A stretch of DNA of 64,000 nt from Octopus vulgaris (GCA_951406725.2 OX597835.1:42470001-42534000), one strand, 5' to 3'; numbered from the stretch's first letter, positions 27,132 through 39,932 are shown. The notes: a model not told the origin generated them from the letters alone. Numbers and translations are program-made.

Positions 27132-27435
27132 ATTTAACGTCTGTTGTCCATGCTGGCATGGGTTGGACAATTTGACCGGGCTGGCATGCTGGAAGGCTGC
27201 ACCAGACTCCAGTCTGATTTGGCATGGTTTTCTATGGCTGGATGCCCTTCCTAATGCCAACCACTCCAAGAGTGTAAAGGGAGCTTTAATGTGCCACTGG
27301 CACTGGCACTATTTGCATGACACTGGTATCTGCCACAATTGTGATTTTGCTTGGTTCGTTGGGTCTTCTTCTCAAGCACGACATAAAGCCAAAGGTCTTC
27401 TTGGTCATTGCCTCCATGAGGCCCAACACTCGAAA
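27132..27435 (-). mobile_element. Family C copy
   Basis: (CAT)n tail, ggatgcccttcctaatgccaaccactcc core. Confidence 0.8.
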
Positions 27436-27489
27436 TGTTTAATATACAGAGTTGATATTTAAATCACAAATGAGCCAAATGGTAGGAGA

Positions 27490-27518
27490 CCCTAACCCTA
27501 ACCCTGACCCTGACCCTA
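27490..27518 (-). repeat. Short telomere-like repeat (TTAGGG/TCAGGG) x5
   Basis: ccctaaccctaaccctgaccctgacccta. Confidence 0.6.
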
Positions 27519-28134
27519 GGGACAGACCAAGAGTGAAATGATTGGATAATATCCGTGGTCTCAGAGTGGGTCACACTTGGAAATTCGACTGGAAAGCATA
27601 ATGACAGTTGCTTGCATGATGGGAACCCATAGAGGGATAGGTCTGAGGGCTCTCCACCCACGACCCTCTCAGGAATAGTGGATAGAGAAAATGGATGGAT
27701 GAAATGAGATAATTCATCATAAATGGAAGTTTTAAACAAGAGACCGAGCAAACTCTTGAATAATCCCAGATTATTGTGACATTGTGATGGTAGAGCTGTT
27801 ATATTACACCTGTCATTTTTCACAGTCTGATCAGGTGTAAAGTAATTTATTTTCATCTATTTTAAGATTTACCTGTAAACCTGGTTGAGAATATTACATA
27901 TTGACTTCGTCAATTAATTAGAAATAGAATTTGATGCCAGATCAATATTAGACCGAATAATATTAATCTGAATATCTCTACATGAGCTAGCAACAAGTGG
28001 ATCAGATTAAACACTTAATACTAATCAATATAGTAAATACTAAAGTGTGTTCAGGTGAGATTCAGGTACGCAAATATTTTATAACTGAAACAGGTGAGTA
28101 AATGGCTGTGGATGTCTCGTGAAGTGAAATATTT

Positions 28135-28585
28135 TCCGTGTGGTAAGAAGTTTGCTTCCCAAACACATGGTTATGGGTTCAAACCCAATGCACAACACAT
28201 TGGGCAAGTGTCTTCCATTATGGTCTTAGGCTGACCAATGCCTTGTGAGTGGATTTGGCAAGCAGAAACTGAAAGAAGCCCATCATATATAGATGTGTGT
28301 GTGTGTGTGTATGTATATATGAGTGTGTATGTGTGTGTACATATGTTTCTCTTTTATCTTTTACTTGTTTCAGTCATTTGACTGTAGCCATGCTGGAGCA
28401 GCGCCTTGAAGGGTTTTAGCCAGACAAATCAACCCCAGGACTTACTTGATATTTTTATTTTAAGCCTAGTACTTATACTATCGGTCTCTTTTTGCTGAAC
28501 TGCTAAGTTATGGGGACATAAACATACTGACATCGGTTGTCAAGCAGTGGTAGGGGACAAACACAGACACAAAGACATACACACA
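28135..28585. mobile_element. SINE family B 5' half (+) joined to a 3' half (-) across a TG microsatellite
   Basis: 28135-28285 is the forward head; 28358-28585 is the reverse-oriented tail part. Confidence 0.7.
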
Positions 28586-29009
28586 CAAAAGAATGAAACC
28601 AAAATGGAATCTCAGTTGCCAAATAGACTTTGGTGCTGATGGTAAAATTCCTCCAAGAAGAAGATTTTGAAATGACTTTTGGATGTTGTTGTTGTCATTT
28701 AGTTCCCAAGTCAGTTCTGATTGAGCAAATCAATGACCAGAGACGCTCCAGTCATGACTGTCCCACCTTTTATTTAGACATAATGTACATCTAGGACTAA
28801 ATTATCCAGTGCCCCATTCCTTATTCAAGTTAGTGGGCTGTGAGTTGTGGGAGATTTGGCTGCTATTTCGAGTGGGGTAGAAACTTTTTAGCTGGCATAC
28901 AATTCTAACGATGCTTTATAACTGTATTGTTAGTATTTTGTTAATTATTTAATCTACTAATATTCTATTAGTTTTAGTATTGTGTTCCTATACTCATATA
29001 TTTATATAA

Positions 29010-29225
29010 TTATGTTAAAATTATATTATTGTTATGTTAATATGACATTAACTTTAAGTTAATATGATGTTAATATGCTAAAAAGATATTAATCTTATGT
29101 TAATATAATGTTGATTTTATGTTAATATTATGTTACTATGAAGTTAATATCATGTTAAAATGATATTAATCTTATGTTAATATTATGTTAATATAATGTT
29201 AATATTATGTTAATATGATGTTAGT
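29010..29225. repeat. Degenerate 11-bp minisatellite (atgttaatatt/g)
   Basis: tgttaat recurs with an 11-bp period. Confidence 0.8.
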
Positions 29226-30454
29226 ATCATTATTATTGGATCATCTATTCTGTAATGTTCTACATTATCTAAAAAGTGTTGCCACATACCTTTTAATTAA
29301 ACAGAATCAATTAATATATGTATGAATCAATAAGAAAGCCTCTAGATAATCTCTCTACCTACTAGAAATAGCAGCCAGAATTCCCTCTCTATCACACCAT
29401 ACTATATTATAAAAATGAGAAAAACAGATTTGAAAATTTTGTGCTAAATACACCACATCTTATAGAAAAAAGGCAGAATGGTCACGGGTGGAAAGTCTTT
29501 GATCATAAATCTACTCAGTTAGGGTTGACCTGGGGTTAAACTATAACAGTATCATCATTTAACATCCATCTTCATCTTCCATGCTGGCAAGGGCTGGACT
29601 AACATATTGTGGAGATAAGAACACGTGGACTCCTGGAGAATTTAGCTAAATTTAGGTAGAGTTGTGTGATTAAGAGGCTTGCATCACAAATATATGGTCC
29701 AAGACTTGATTCAAATAAGTGACACCTTGGATAAGTTCTTTCTACCATAGCTTTTAAGTCGAATATGGGAGACGGAAACTGTGAAGAAGTCCACCATGTG
29801 TGTGTGTGTGTGTGTATGTGTGTGTACAAGGAGAACAGTGATACAGAGAGTTGACAGAAATTTTGCAGGAAGAAAACAAAAACAACAACATGAGATGTAG
29901 ACATGCTTGACCCTTCATCAGCTGTCGACTAAATATCATTACAGTTTCAACACCTTCTGACATATATCTGATTGTAGATCCATTATGATCTCAATAGAGT
30001 AATCCAAAGATAAGAGGGTCTAAGTCTGCTTTGTTATGGTGATGGAAAATCCAGGTGAAGTGAGAATTTAAGAAGGGATTGGCAAGGAAAATATATACAG
30101 CAGTACAATGTCGGTATTAGTTTGATATTGAAAAGGAAGAAAAATTAATAGTTCTACGGTTTGAACAAAGGTCTTTATTCCAGGAAAAAAAACAAATAAG
30201 GGGAAAGAACAGGGATGAAGAAAATAGAAAAGGTCTGGGGGGATTAAATTTATATGGCAAGGTGTGAGAAGAGTGGTGGATGGAGATGAGGGGACAGAGA
30301 AAATTGAAGAAGGAATTTACAGGGAGGTAATAGGTGAGCAAGCCTAAGAGTAGGGGTAGAAAGGGAGACAACATAAACAAAGAAGTAATGGGATGCAGAT
30401 GAAGTAGTGAAGGTTGATGAGATATCTGGCCGGGGGGGGGGGGTGCTTGCTGTA

Positions 30455-30858
30455 CTTGAGAAGATCTGTCTGCTAAAGGCAGAATCGACACTGGTTCTGG
30501 CACTACATAAAGAAAGCACTGGTGCTGGTGCCACATAAAATGCACCCAGTACCCTTTGTGGAGTGGTTGGCATTAGGAAGGCAATGATAAAGCACCGAGG
30601 TATCTGGCCCTTTGCTGTTCTCAAAAAGACCTGTCCACCACGGCCGGATTGATGCTGGTGCTGGTCCCATGTCAAAAGCACTGGTGATGGTGCCACATAA
30701 GAAGCATCCAGTGGACTTTGTGGAGTGGTTGGTGTTAGGAAGGACATCCAGCCATAGAACCCAAGCCAGAACAGAGAATGGCACCTGGTGTGGCCTCTGG
30801 CCTTATCAGCTTTGGTCAAACTGTCCAACATATGCCAGCATGGAAAACGGATGTTAAA
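30455..30858 (+). mobile_element. Family C element with multiple ggtgccacataaaagcac modules
   Basis: Module repeated about 4 times before the gttaggaagg.catccagcc core and the (GAT)n tail. Confidence 0.75.
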
Positions 30859-31714
30859 TGATGATGATGAAGGCAATAGATGAGTAATTTGAGAAGGAGT
30901 GTAAGGGGAGGAGATTATGGCCGAGCAAGTTTAAGTGTGGGCGTACAAAGGAAGATAATGGTTGAACAAGTCTTTCAAGAGGAGAGGCACATCTAAGGGT
31001 GAATGGTTGTTGGTGTGTCATTAAGAATGCTTTGATTTTATGGGAGTGTGCATAGGCGTGCATGCATAGATGGATGTGCAATACAGAGTGTGTGTTTATG
31101 CGTGTGTGTGTATGTAGGTATGCATGTATGTGTATATGCACATACATATTTATGTATGAGCGTGTATACACATCTGGTTCGTACCCAACACACCTCACAC
31201 CCAACTACAGACATATAAAGATATGCGTACATATACACAGCAGATATCACATACACATGCACACATACACTTGCATATAAACATCTAGATGTGCACACAC
31301 ATAAAACAGGACACACACAACACACAGAGAGTCGTACACAAAATGCATACACGCAACATACACACATACTGCTTTACACACAGTGGATATCTGTCCCATC
31401 ACACACACCTTTTTACGGCTTTCTTTTTACTTGTTTTAGTCATTTGTCTGTGGCCATGCTGGGGCACCACTTTGAAGAAGAATTTTTAGTTGAATGAATC
31501 AACTTCAGTACTTATGTTTTTTATGCCTAGTACTTATTCTATCAGTCTCTTTTGCCGAACTGCTAAGTTATGGGGATGTAAACACAGCTTAAGCTAGAAA
31601 TTTTGCATTGAATCGTTATTTCATTTCTGTCAATGGAGATTGTGTTTGCTAGATTTCTTCATTGGGGAAACTCCATCTCCTCTTTAAAGAGTATCAGGAG
31701 TCACAATTCATTGA

Positions 31715-32258
31715 TCCTTTAGCATTCAGATTACTCGGTCAACTGCATTGCTTTGATGAGAAGTGACCGAAACTTCTGCTGATTTGCTGTACTTGAGAAG
31801 ACACAACAAACTAAGTGAAATCATAGTGGTGGCCAGTGTTGGAGACACACGGAAGGCACCCAAACTGGTGACACAGGAGAGGTACCCACGCCAGTGACAC
31901 GTAAAAGGCACCCAGTACATTCTGTGAAGTGGTTGGCATTAGGAAGGGTATCCAGCCATAGAATCCAAGCCATTACAGACTGGAGCCTGGGGCAGCTCTC
32001 TGGCTTACCAGCTCCAGTCAAACGATCTAACCGATGCCAATATGGAAAATGGATGCTAAATGATGATGATGATGATGATGATGATGAATAGTTTGAATCA
32101 ATCATGCATTATCTCATAGATTCAAAATTTCGATGATGTGATTGTTTCTATTTAGAATGAAATCACAAAGTAGGTGTGAGAGGCTGGACCTGGTCAGTTT
32201 GAACACAAAGTAGGTAGAAAATTTGGGGCTGGATTTGGCTGGTTTAAATTTTAAAAGG
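31715..32258. mobile_element. piggyBac-type MITE with a nested family C element (about 31755-32085)
   Basis: Termini .cctttagcatt / aaaagg|TTAA; body matches 7097-7317. Confidence 0.7.
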
Positions 32259-32861
32259 TTAAAGAGGAATCTAAATAAAATCTGACTTTAACAGAGACAA
32301 AGAACAATGATGTCAGTCCATTTGTGCCAATAAAGACTGATGCATTTCTGTTATTTCTATAGATTCCCTTTGACACTCAGTAATCGGTATTGATTACCAA
32401 AATATGAGGCAGGGAATTGTTAGTCATTAGAGTGTGGTGAAAAATACCTTATTTACTCTGATTCTCTGTACTTCACGTTCAAATCCTGTTGAAGTCATTG
32501 TTGTTTTTCATCCTTTCGGGATTGATGAAAAAAAAAAGTACCAGCACAAGGTACTGGATTAACAACACTGTTAACAGGGCCAAAGTAAAACCCATAGAGG
32601 CCCTAAGCACTTAAAAGATCTTGGTGTCCCCATATATATGTAATTCAAAATATAAACAATAATAAACCATGAAATAAATCCTTATTTTTCAAAATGAAAC
32701 AAAAAACTAAACAGTAAGATGGAAAATAATTCTTGTTTTGGTATATTCTTCTTTCTTTATATTTGAAAAGTTTCCTCCGACATTTTTTTAATTGCAAAGT
32801 CTTTGATCAGATTCTCACCATGACACCATGGGGACACTTTGGAATTATATTTCCAATCATA

Positions 32862-33270
32862 TAGGCGTAGGAGTGGTTGTGTGGTAAGTAGCTTGTTTAC
32901 CAACCACATGGTTCCAGGTTCAGTCCCACTGCGTAGCACCTTGGGCAAGTGTCTTCTACTATAGCCTCGGGCTGACCAAAGCCTTGTGAGTGGATTTGGT
33001 AGATGGAAACTGAAAGAAGCCCGTTGTATATATGTATATATATATATATGCGTGTGTGTGTTTGTGTGTCTGTGTTTGTCCCCCTAGCATTGCTTGACAA
33101 CCAATGCTGGTGTGTTTATGTCCCCATTACTTAGCGGTTCGGCAAAAGAGACCGATAGAATAAGTACTGGGCTTACAAAAGAATAAGTTCCGGGGTCGAG
33201 TTGCTCGATTAAAGGCAGTGCTCCAGCATGGCCGCAGTCAAATGACTGAAACAACTAAAAGAGTAAAGAG
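32862..33270 (+). mobile_element. Full-length SINE family B (tRNA head, CORE-like motif, internal microsatellite)
   Basis: A-box-like gtggttgtgtggtaag, B-box ggttcagtccc, CORE-like caccttgggcaagtgtctt, 3' end aatgactgaaacaactaaaagagt. Confidence 0.85.
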
Positions 33271-33584
33271 TATATGCAGATGCACAGTCAACCTTGACTG
33301 ATAGAGACTGATAGAGGCCCCTAATCACATGGTTGACCAGACTATCGGATGTTGTTATACACCGCTGGTCACAGTTAACTTTGCATCACTTCAAGCTTCA
33401 AATCATGCCACCCTGCTGGCTAGGTGAGCAGACCAATATTCTCTACTGATTCTGTCGTGGGGTTATCCATTTACGGCTGAGTGGAATGGAGTGACACGAA
33501 AGGAAGTGGTTTGCTTATGAACACAATGTGAAACCAGTTTGGCAATCCATTAGATGAACATTCCTATAAGATAAACTATTATTA

Positions 33585-33683
33585 TTCAGGTCACTGCCTG
33601 GAGTCGAACTTGGAATCTTGGGGTTAGTAGCCCACGCTCTTAACCACTACGCTATATGCCCGTGAGAGGGGCATATGACGTAG
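33585..33683 (-). repeat. tRNA-derived short element with a head-to-head inverted 5' end
   Basis: Minus strand gggcatatagcgtagtggttaagagcgtgggctactaaccccaagattccaagttcgactccagg has A and B boxes but no acceptor-stem partner. An inverted gggcatatgacgtag follows on the plus strand. Confidence 0.6.
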
Positions 33684-33684
33684 A

Positions 33685-33897
33685 ATGAGCTACTCAACCT
33701 GAAGAAAATTCTAATTGGGCCCCACCTGCAAGGTCATGTGCTGTTTATCTTGAAATGAGATCACCATGTTGTGCACATATGGTTGTGATGCATGTGCCTA
33801 GTGTATCCTTATCAGACGGGTAGTCATGATAGGTATACTGGGCTTTGTATATTTGTACCCCAGGGTCACTTTGACAGCATGCGCTGCTCTCTCCCTC
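33685..33897 (+). mobile_element. Family D copy followed by about 120 bp of (AAT)n
   Basis: Homology to 4430-4639 and 11480-11671. Confidence 0.75.
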
Positions 33898-33918
33898 AAT
33901 AATAATAATAATAATATA

Positions 33919-33995
<77 letters not shown>

Positions 33996-34504
33996 TAATA
34001 ATGATAATAATAATAATAACAACAACAACAAATAAATAAATGAAGAAGAAGAAGAAAAAGAACAACAACAACAACAACAACAATATGAAGCTACAAATGC
34101 CAAAGGATGTTGGACATCTCACTGAAATTGATACCAATATATTACTGGTATTTTGTTTAATCCGTCCCTGAAGCGATGAGAAGTAAAGATGAGCAAAATG
34201 GGATTCCAACAGAGAAGAGGAATACAAATAACATGGAAAGCATCTTCTCAAAAGATTCTGTCAGTTGAAACATTTGCTCTGTGCCACCACCAGCACCACC
34301 AATGCTACCACTACTGTCATCACCTATGACACCATTGATACCACCACCACCACCACCACCACCACCACCACCATCACCATGGTTTGTGGTCAGCTGAAAA
34401 TGTCAAACATTTTCCACTATTTACGTCTTGAGATATTTCATGGCCTTGAACAAGAAGTAACAGCTGAAGTCATACATATATACATATGTATATGTATGTG
34501 TGTG

Positions 34505-34556
<52 letters not shown>

Positions 34557-35327
34557 TATATATATATATAGTATGTGTATGTCTGTATACATATAAATAC
34601 ATACACACAAAATGATGGCTGTAACTTGATTTCAAACTTTACATGAGCAGTGTGGATGTGGTTTTGCAATCCTGTTAGGGACCTACACTCCCTTTCACAG
34701 ATGTGACAATGATGGGTGCCTCTTGAAACAGGTGTTCAGAGAGATTACTACACATGTTAACACATCTTTTTCCCACCCTGGAAGTTTTCCTTGAGTGTTT
34801 CACCCTTTTTTCAGCTATGGTCAGCCATAGTATAAAAATCAAGTGAAGCCTGTGCCAGAAGCCTTCTTAAAGTGAGGAAAGGGCTTGTTCAGGGCCAACC
34901 CCACTCAGTAAACCTATTTCTTTACTACCCACAAGGGGCTAAACACAGAGAGGACAAACAAGGACAGACAAACGGATTAAGTCAATTATATTGACCCCAG
35001 TGTGTAACTGGTACTTAATATATCGACCCCAAAAGGATGTTTCTCAACCATTTCTTATCTATGGATCCCTTTGATCACTACTTTACTTTGGTTGACCCCC
35101 ATAAAAACTAGTTTTCTAGAAACTTCTTTCAAAATTCCTATTTTATTTTTCACACATTAACTTGCGTAGGTTGACCCTCGTGAAACATTTTGGGAAGAAA
35201 CCATTTCTTGCTTTCTCTGTTGCTTGCAAGGACCCCCCCCACCCCCACCAAATCTTATGATGGGGTGCTGAAAAGTTCATCATATATATATATACACACA
35301 TACACACACATATATCATATATATATA

Positions 35328-35368
<41 letters not shown>

Positions 35369-35369
35369 C

Positions 35370-35638
35370 AATAAAAGTAAGGAATATAATTCCAAAACTT
35401 GCAGGGAAAAATTCAATTTAGCAATTCCAAATCAAATTTCATAATATATAATATATGTATATAATTAAGAGAAATAACCTCTATTATGTAGTTCAATAAA
35501 CTTTATCTATATCATATAGAAAAATGTTTATTTAATTTAGCGATTTTTTAAAATAATATTTATTATAATATATTTAAATTTTTCTATATGATATAGATAA
35601 AGTTTATTGAATTACTTTATAGAGGTTATTTCTCTTAA

Positions 35639-35644
<6 letters not shown>
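35370..35644. mobile_element. Family P copy with a 61-bp inverted repeat (35465-35525 / 35578-35638)
   Basis: ttaagagaaataacctcta...tcatatagaaaaat versus atttttctatatga...tagaggttatttctcttaa; (TA)n on both sides. Confidence 0.75.
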
Positions 35645-35678
<34 letters not shown>

Positions 35679-35685
35679 TCACACA

Positions 35686-35903
35686 TGAGGGTGGTGTGGA
35701 AATGTTCCTGGCTTTAAGGGTATTGTGAAAGGCCCGGTTCTAGGCCCAACATTCTGGGTTCTTTGACAGGGCTTAGAAAAATTGAAGGACCACTGCAATA
35801 AGTGTGTGAATCTGAGAGGGGAATGTGTAGAATAAAATCATAATTAACTGATCCACCTGTATTTTCTTTTACCCAAAGCCAGGAACTTTTCAGCACCCCC
35901 TCA
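35686..35903 (+). mobile_element. mariner-derived MITE retaining the transposase C-terminus
   Basis: TIRs tgagggtggtgtggaaatgttcctggcttt / aaagccaggaacttttcagcaccccctca; peptide QGLEKLKDHCNKCVNLRGECVE* resembles mariner GI.KL..RW.KCV...GDYVE. Confidence 0.8.
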
Positions 35904-36237
35904 TATATGAACCCTCAGAGGTCATAAACACCCCAGTTGAGAACCACTGCTTCAAACAAAGTATTTGTTTGTCCCCAAAGAAAATCTAGTCTACATCATT
36001 GAGGTGTAAATGAAGTCACAGGTGTTGCATTAAAACTGAACTTCTGAATGACAGATGTCAAAGCAAACACTCAGACTGGGTTTCTCACTCCCAGCTGTTG
36101 TATTTGCTCTTTGACAGGTTTTATTCTCTCTGTCCTGAAGAGTGTCCAAGGCAAAACACTCTCCCTACCAAGTATTCTCAGCAGGGTTACTGGTCCAGTT
36201 GCCATTGGCCTGACCCTGCAACAAGTTGTACTGGGTT

Positions 36238-36397
36238 AGGTGTGGCTGTATGGTAAGAAGCTTGCTTCCCAACCACATGGTTCTGAGTTCAGTCCCACTG
36301 CATGGCACCTTGGGCAAGAAGTGTCTTCTACTATAGCCTCAGGGCAACTAAACCCATGTGGGTGGATTTGGTAGATGGAAACTGAAAGAAGCCTGTC

Positions 36398-36451
<54 letters not shown>

Positions 36452-36650
36452 TTGTGTGTCTGTGTTTGTCCCCCCCAACATCGCTTCACAACCAATGCTG
36501 GTGAGTTTACGTCCCAGTAACTTAGCAGTTCAGCAAAATAGATTAATAGAATAAGTACTAGGCTTACAAAGAATAAGTCCTATGGTTGGTTTGCTCGACA
36601 AAAGGCGGTGCTCCAGCATGCCCACAATCAAATTACTGAAACAAATAAAA

Positions 36651-36651
<1 letters not shown>
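36238..36651 (+). mobile_element. Near full-length SINE family B
   Basis: Colinear with 32862-33270. Confidence 0.85.
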
Positions 36652-36711
<60 letters not shown>

Positions 36712-36752
36712 CATATATATATACATACATATATATATACATACATATATAT

Positions 36753-36799
<47 letters not shown>

Positions 36800-37159
36800 T
36801 GTATATACATGCATGCACATATATTAGACACCCAGATACCCACACATATACACATTCACTGAGATATGTGATTTGCTAATGCTTGATTTAGTATTGACTA
36901 AGTAAAAAAGAAAAGAAAGAAAAAGCTAAATAAACACTCCATTAAGTTCTATCAATAATATTGATTTTTAGTTATATTTTATAGTAAATGCTATTTTATA
37001 TTACATACGTTGCCCTCTTTCTACCACTCATGGTGTGACAATTCACTGATGAAGAAAGAGAGAGAAAGAGAGAGAGAGAGAGTGAGAAAGAGAGTGAGAG
37101 AGAGAGAGAGGAAAGAAATAGAAGGAGAGAGGTATGTTTTGTAAGAAGCCACATATATT

Positions 37160-37555
37160 CTTTTCTAGTCTAGGCACAAGGCCCGAAATTTTGGGGGTGG
37201 GAGCCAGTCGATTACATCGACCCCAGTGCGTAACTGGTATTTAATTTATCGACACCGAAAGGATGAAAGGCAAAATCGACCTCGGCGGAATTTGAACTCA
37301 GAACATAAAGACAGATGAAATACCTATTTCTTTCCTACCCACAAGGAGCTAAACACAGAGGGGACAAACAAGGACAGACAAACGGATTAAGTCGATTACC
37401 TCGACCCCAGTGCGTAACTGGTACTTAATTTATCGACCCCGAAAGGATGAAAGGCAAAATCGACCTCGGCAGAATTTGAACTCAGAACATAGACAGACAA
37501 AATACCACTAAGCATTTCGCCCCGCGTGCTAACGTCTCTACAAGCTCCCTACCTT
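37160..37555 (-). mobile_element. Dimeric SINE family A insertion with a 16-bp TSD
   Basis: TSD agaagccacatatatt at 37144-37159 and 37556-37571; structure head-core-tail1-core-tail2. Confidence 0.9.
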
Positions 37556-37739
37556 AGAAGCCACATATATTAGCTAATAACTGATTGCTCACTACATACT
37601 ACAGAAGACAACTGAAGGTATCTAGATATAGATACCTTCATATATATAAGCTATCATCTTATATATATGGCCAGAACACATTAAATGTTGTAGACCTAGA
37701 TACTCTTACAAAGTTGAGGTACTGATGCTCAGAATATCT

Positions 37740-38134
37740 ATTTCTTTACTACCCATAAGGGGCTAAACATAGAGGGGACAAACAAGGACAGAGATAGGTA
37801 TTAAGTCGATTACCTCAGACCCCAGTGCATAACTGGTACTTAATTTATCGACCCCGAAAGGATGAAAAGCAAAGTCGACCTCAGTGGAATTTGAACTCAC
37901 AACGTACCGGCAGACAAAATACCTATTTCTTTACTACCCACAAGGAGCTAAACACAGAGGGGACAAACAAGGACAGACAAACGGATTAAGTCGATTACCT
38001 CGACCTCAGTGCGTAACAGGTACTTAATTTATCGACCCCGAAAGGATGAAAGGCAAAGTCGACCTCGGCGGAATTTGAACTCACAACGTACTGGCAGATG
38101 AAATATGGCTACGCATTTCGCCCGGCATGCTAAT
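37740..38134 (-). mobile_element. Dimeric SINE family A insertion with an 11-bp TSD
   Basis: TSD tcagaatatct at 37729-37739 and 38137-38147; structure head-core-tail1-core-tail1. Confidence 0.85.
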
Positions 38135-38499
38135 GGTCAGAATATCTTTAATCAATAAGTATGCTGCATTGGGACTGGCCTGGTGTTAAACAACTATAGC
38201 AGCAGGAATGGGAACAGCAATAACAATGATAATAACAACATTGTAACATCAATAAGAACTGTTTGATGATAAATGTAATAATATATATGACAATGGTAAG
38301 TCCACTCTGCTGAGTGGTTGGTTGGTGTTAGGAAGGGTATCCAGCTGTAAAAACCCTGCCAAAACAGTCACAGAAGTCTGGTGCAGGCTTCTGCCTGACT
38401 GGCTCCTGTCAAACCGTTCCACTCATGCCAGCATGGAAGGTGGACGTTAAACGATGATCGTGATCATCAAATAATAAGCAAAAGGTGAATTAGAGAAAT

Positions 38500-39210
38500 G
38501 ATAAATATAATATCGTGTAATAAGTGTCATAATATTTAAGACAGGAATCATAAATGTAAGAATAAAAGTCATAAACAAGGATACAGTAATATATCATAAT
38601 GTATAAGATAGAGTGATAGGTAAGTCATAAATATAGAGAAATAAGAGCCATGTGTATGAGATTGAGATAGGTCATAAATATAAGACTGGGTTAAGAGTCA
38701 TAAGTGTAAGGTAGAAGAATAAGAGTTGTAAATTAGAGATAGAGTAATATGGATCACAAATATAAGATAGAGTAAGGAGTATTTAAATTCAAGATAAGAA
38801 TCATAATTTTAAGACAGAATAATAAGAGTCATAAATTTAAGACAGAATAATAAGAGTTATAAATTTAAGACAGAATAATAAGAGTCATAAATTTAAGACA
38901 GAATAATAAGAGTCATAAATTTAAGACAGAATAATAAGAGTCATAAATTTAAGACAGAATACAAAGAGTCATAAATATAAGAAGAATAAAAGACATAGAT
39001 AAAAGACAGTGTAATATGGGTCAAAAATATAAGATAGATGAATAGAGGAATGAGTCATAAATGCAAGACAGAGTAATGAGACAGAGTAATAAGCGTCCAG
39101 GATATAAGATAAAGGAAGAAAAGTCATAAATAAGGATAGCTTTAAAAAGGGTCATAAATGGATAGAGGAGTAAGAGTCATAGATATAAGATAGAATGAGA
39201 GTCATGAACA
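38500..39210. repeat. 28-bp minisatellite (agtcataaatttaagacagaataataag), homogeneous centre and degenerate flanks
   Basis: About 6 near-perfect units at 38800-38965; gtcataaa recurs outward. Confidence 0.9.
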
Positions 39211-39932
39211 ATGATATAAAATAATTGTATGAATATCATTTATGAGGGCAGTTCAGGCAATTGAACGGTTGATTGCATGAAACCTTTAGTTATGAAAATA
39301 TAATCTTGTTTCTTTGCAACATAATTGTGACAGTTTGCATATGCTTTTAATTTTGTTGTGTATTGAACACTTTTCTGAGTAAAAATACGCTTTTCTGAGT
39401 TAAAATACACAGATATACATATGCATGCACACATACACACAGCTTCTCTCTCTGACACACACATGCATACACACACACACGCATACATATACACACAAAC
39501 TCTCTCTTTGACACGCACACACACACACACATGCATATACATTCACATGCCATGCAGCATATCTCTCGCACTCTCTCTACCTCTCTCTCTCTAACACACA
39601 TATACACACGCAAACATATATAGACATACATGAACATCACAAGGGATACTGTATCCATCCAATCAAAATATTTATTCTCCTTTGAGTGCTCAACAAATAA
39701 TTAGAAATAAGTTGGGGCTATGACCAATGTCTGAATAAAAAATAGATAAATGGAATGTGTGAATTCTGGATATTCCCATATAAAAAAAGATGCAAGTGTA
39801 TATTTAATATGCAGCCTTTTGAGTATAGGAATGATTCAACTTGAAAATGGTAGGAAAAGTTAACCACATATTTCCCCAACCAGACATGCTTAACGGAAAA
39901 GTGTAGAATCTTAATTATACATACATGTGTGC

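Larger units (their letters stand above)
35039..35949. mobile_element. hAT-type MITE broken by nested insertions
   Basis: Left remnant gtttctcaacc and right TIR gttgagaaccactg (CAGTGGTTCTCAAC type). It contains the family P fold-back and a mariner MITE. Confidence 0.55.

Noticed and set aside
27490-27518. Chromosome-end or telomere signal
   Set aside because: Only five hexamers, two of them variant, and in an internal position; recorded as a simple repeat only.
29905-29950. Minus-strand GAAAC...GUC...CUGAUGA, a possible permuted hammerhead
   Set aside because: Only 5 nt lie between GUC and CUGAUGA, so stem I cannot form, and no stem II partner is evident.
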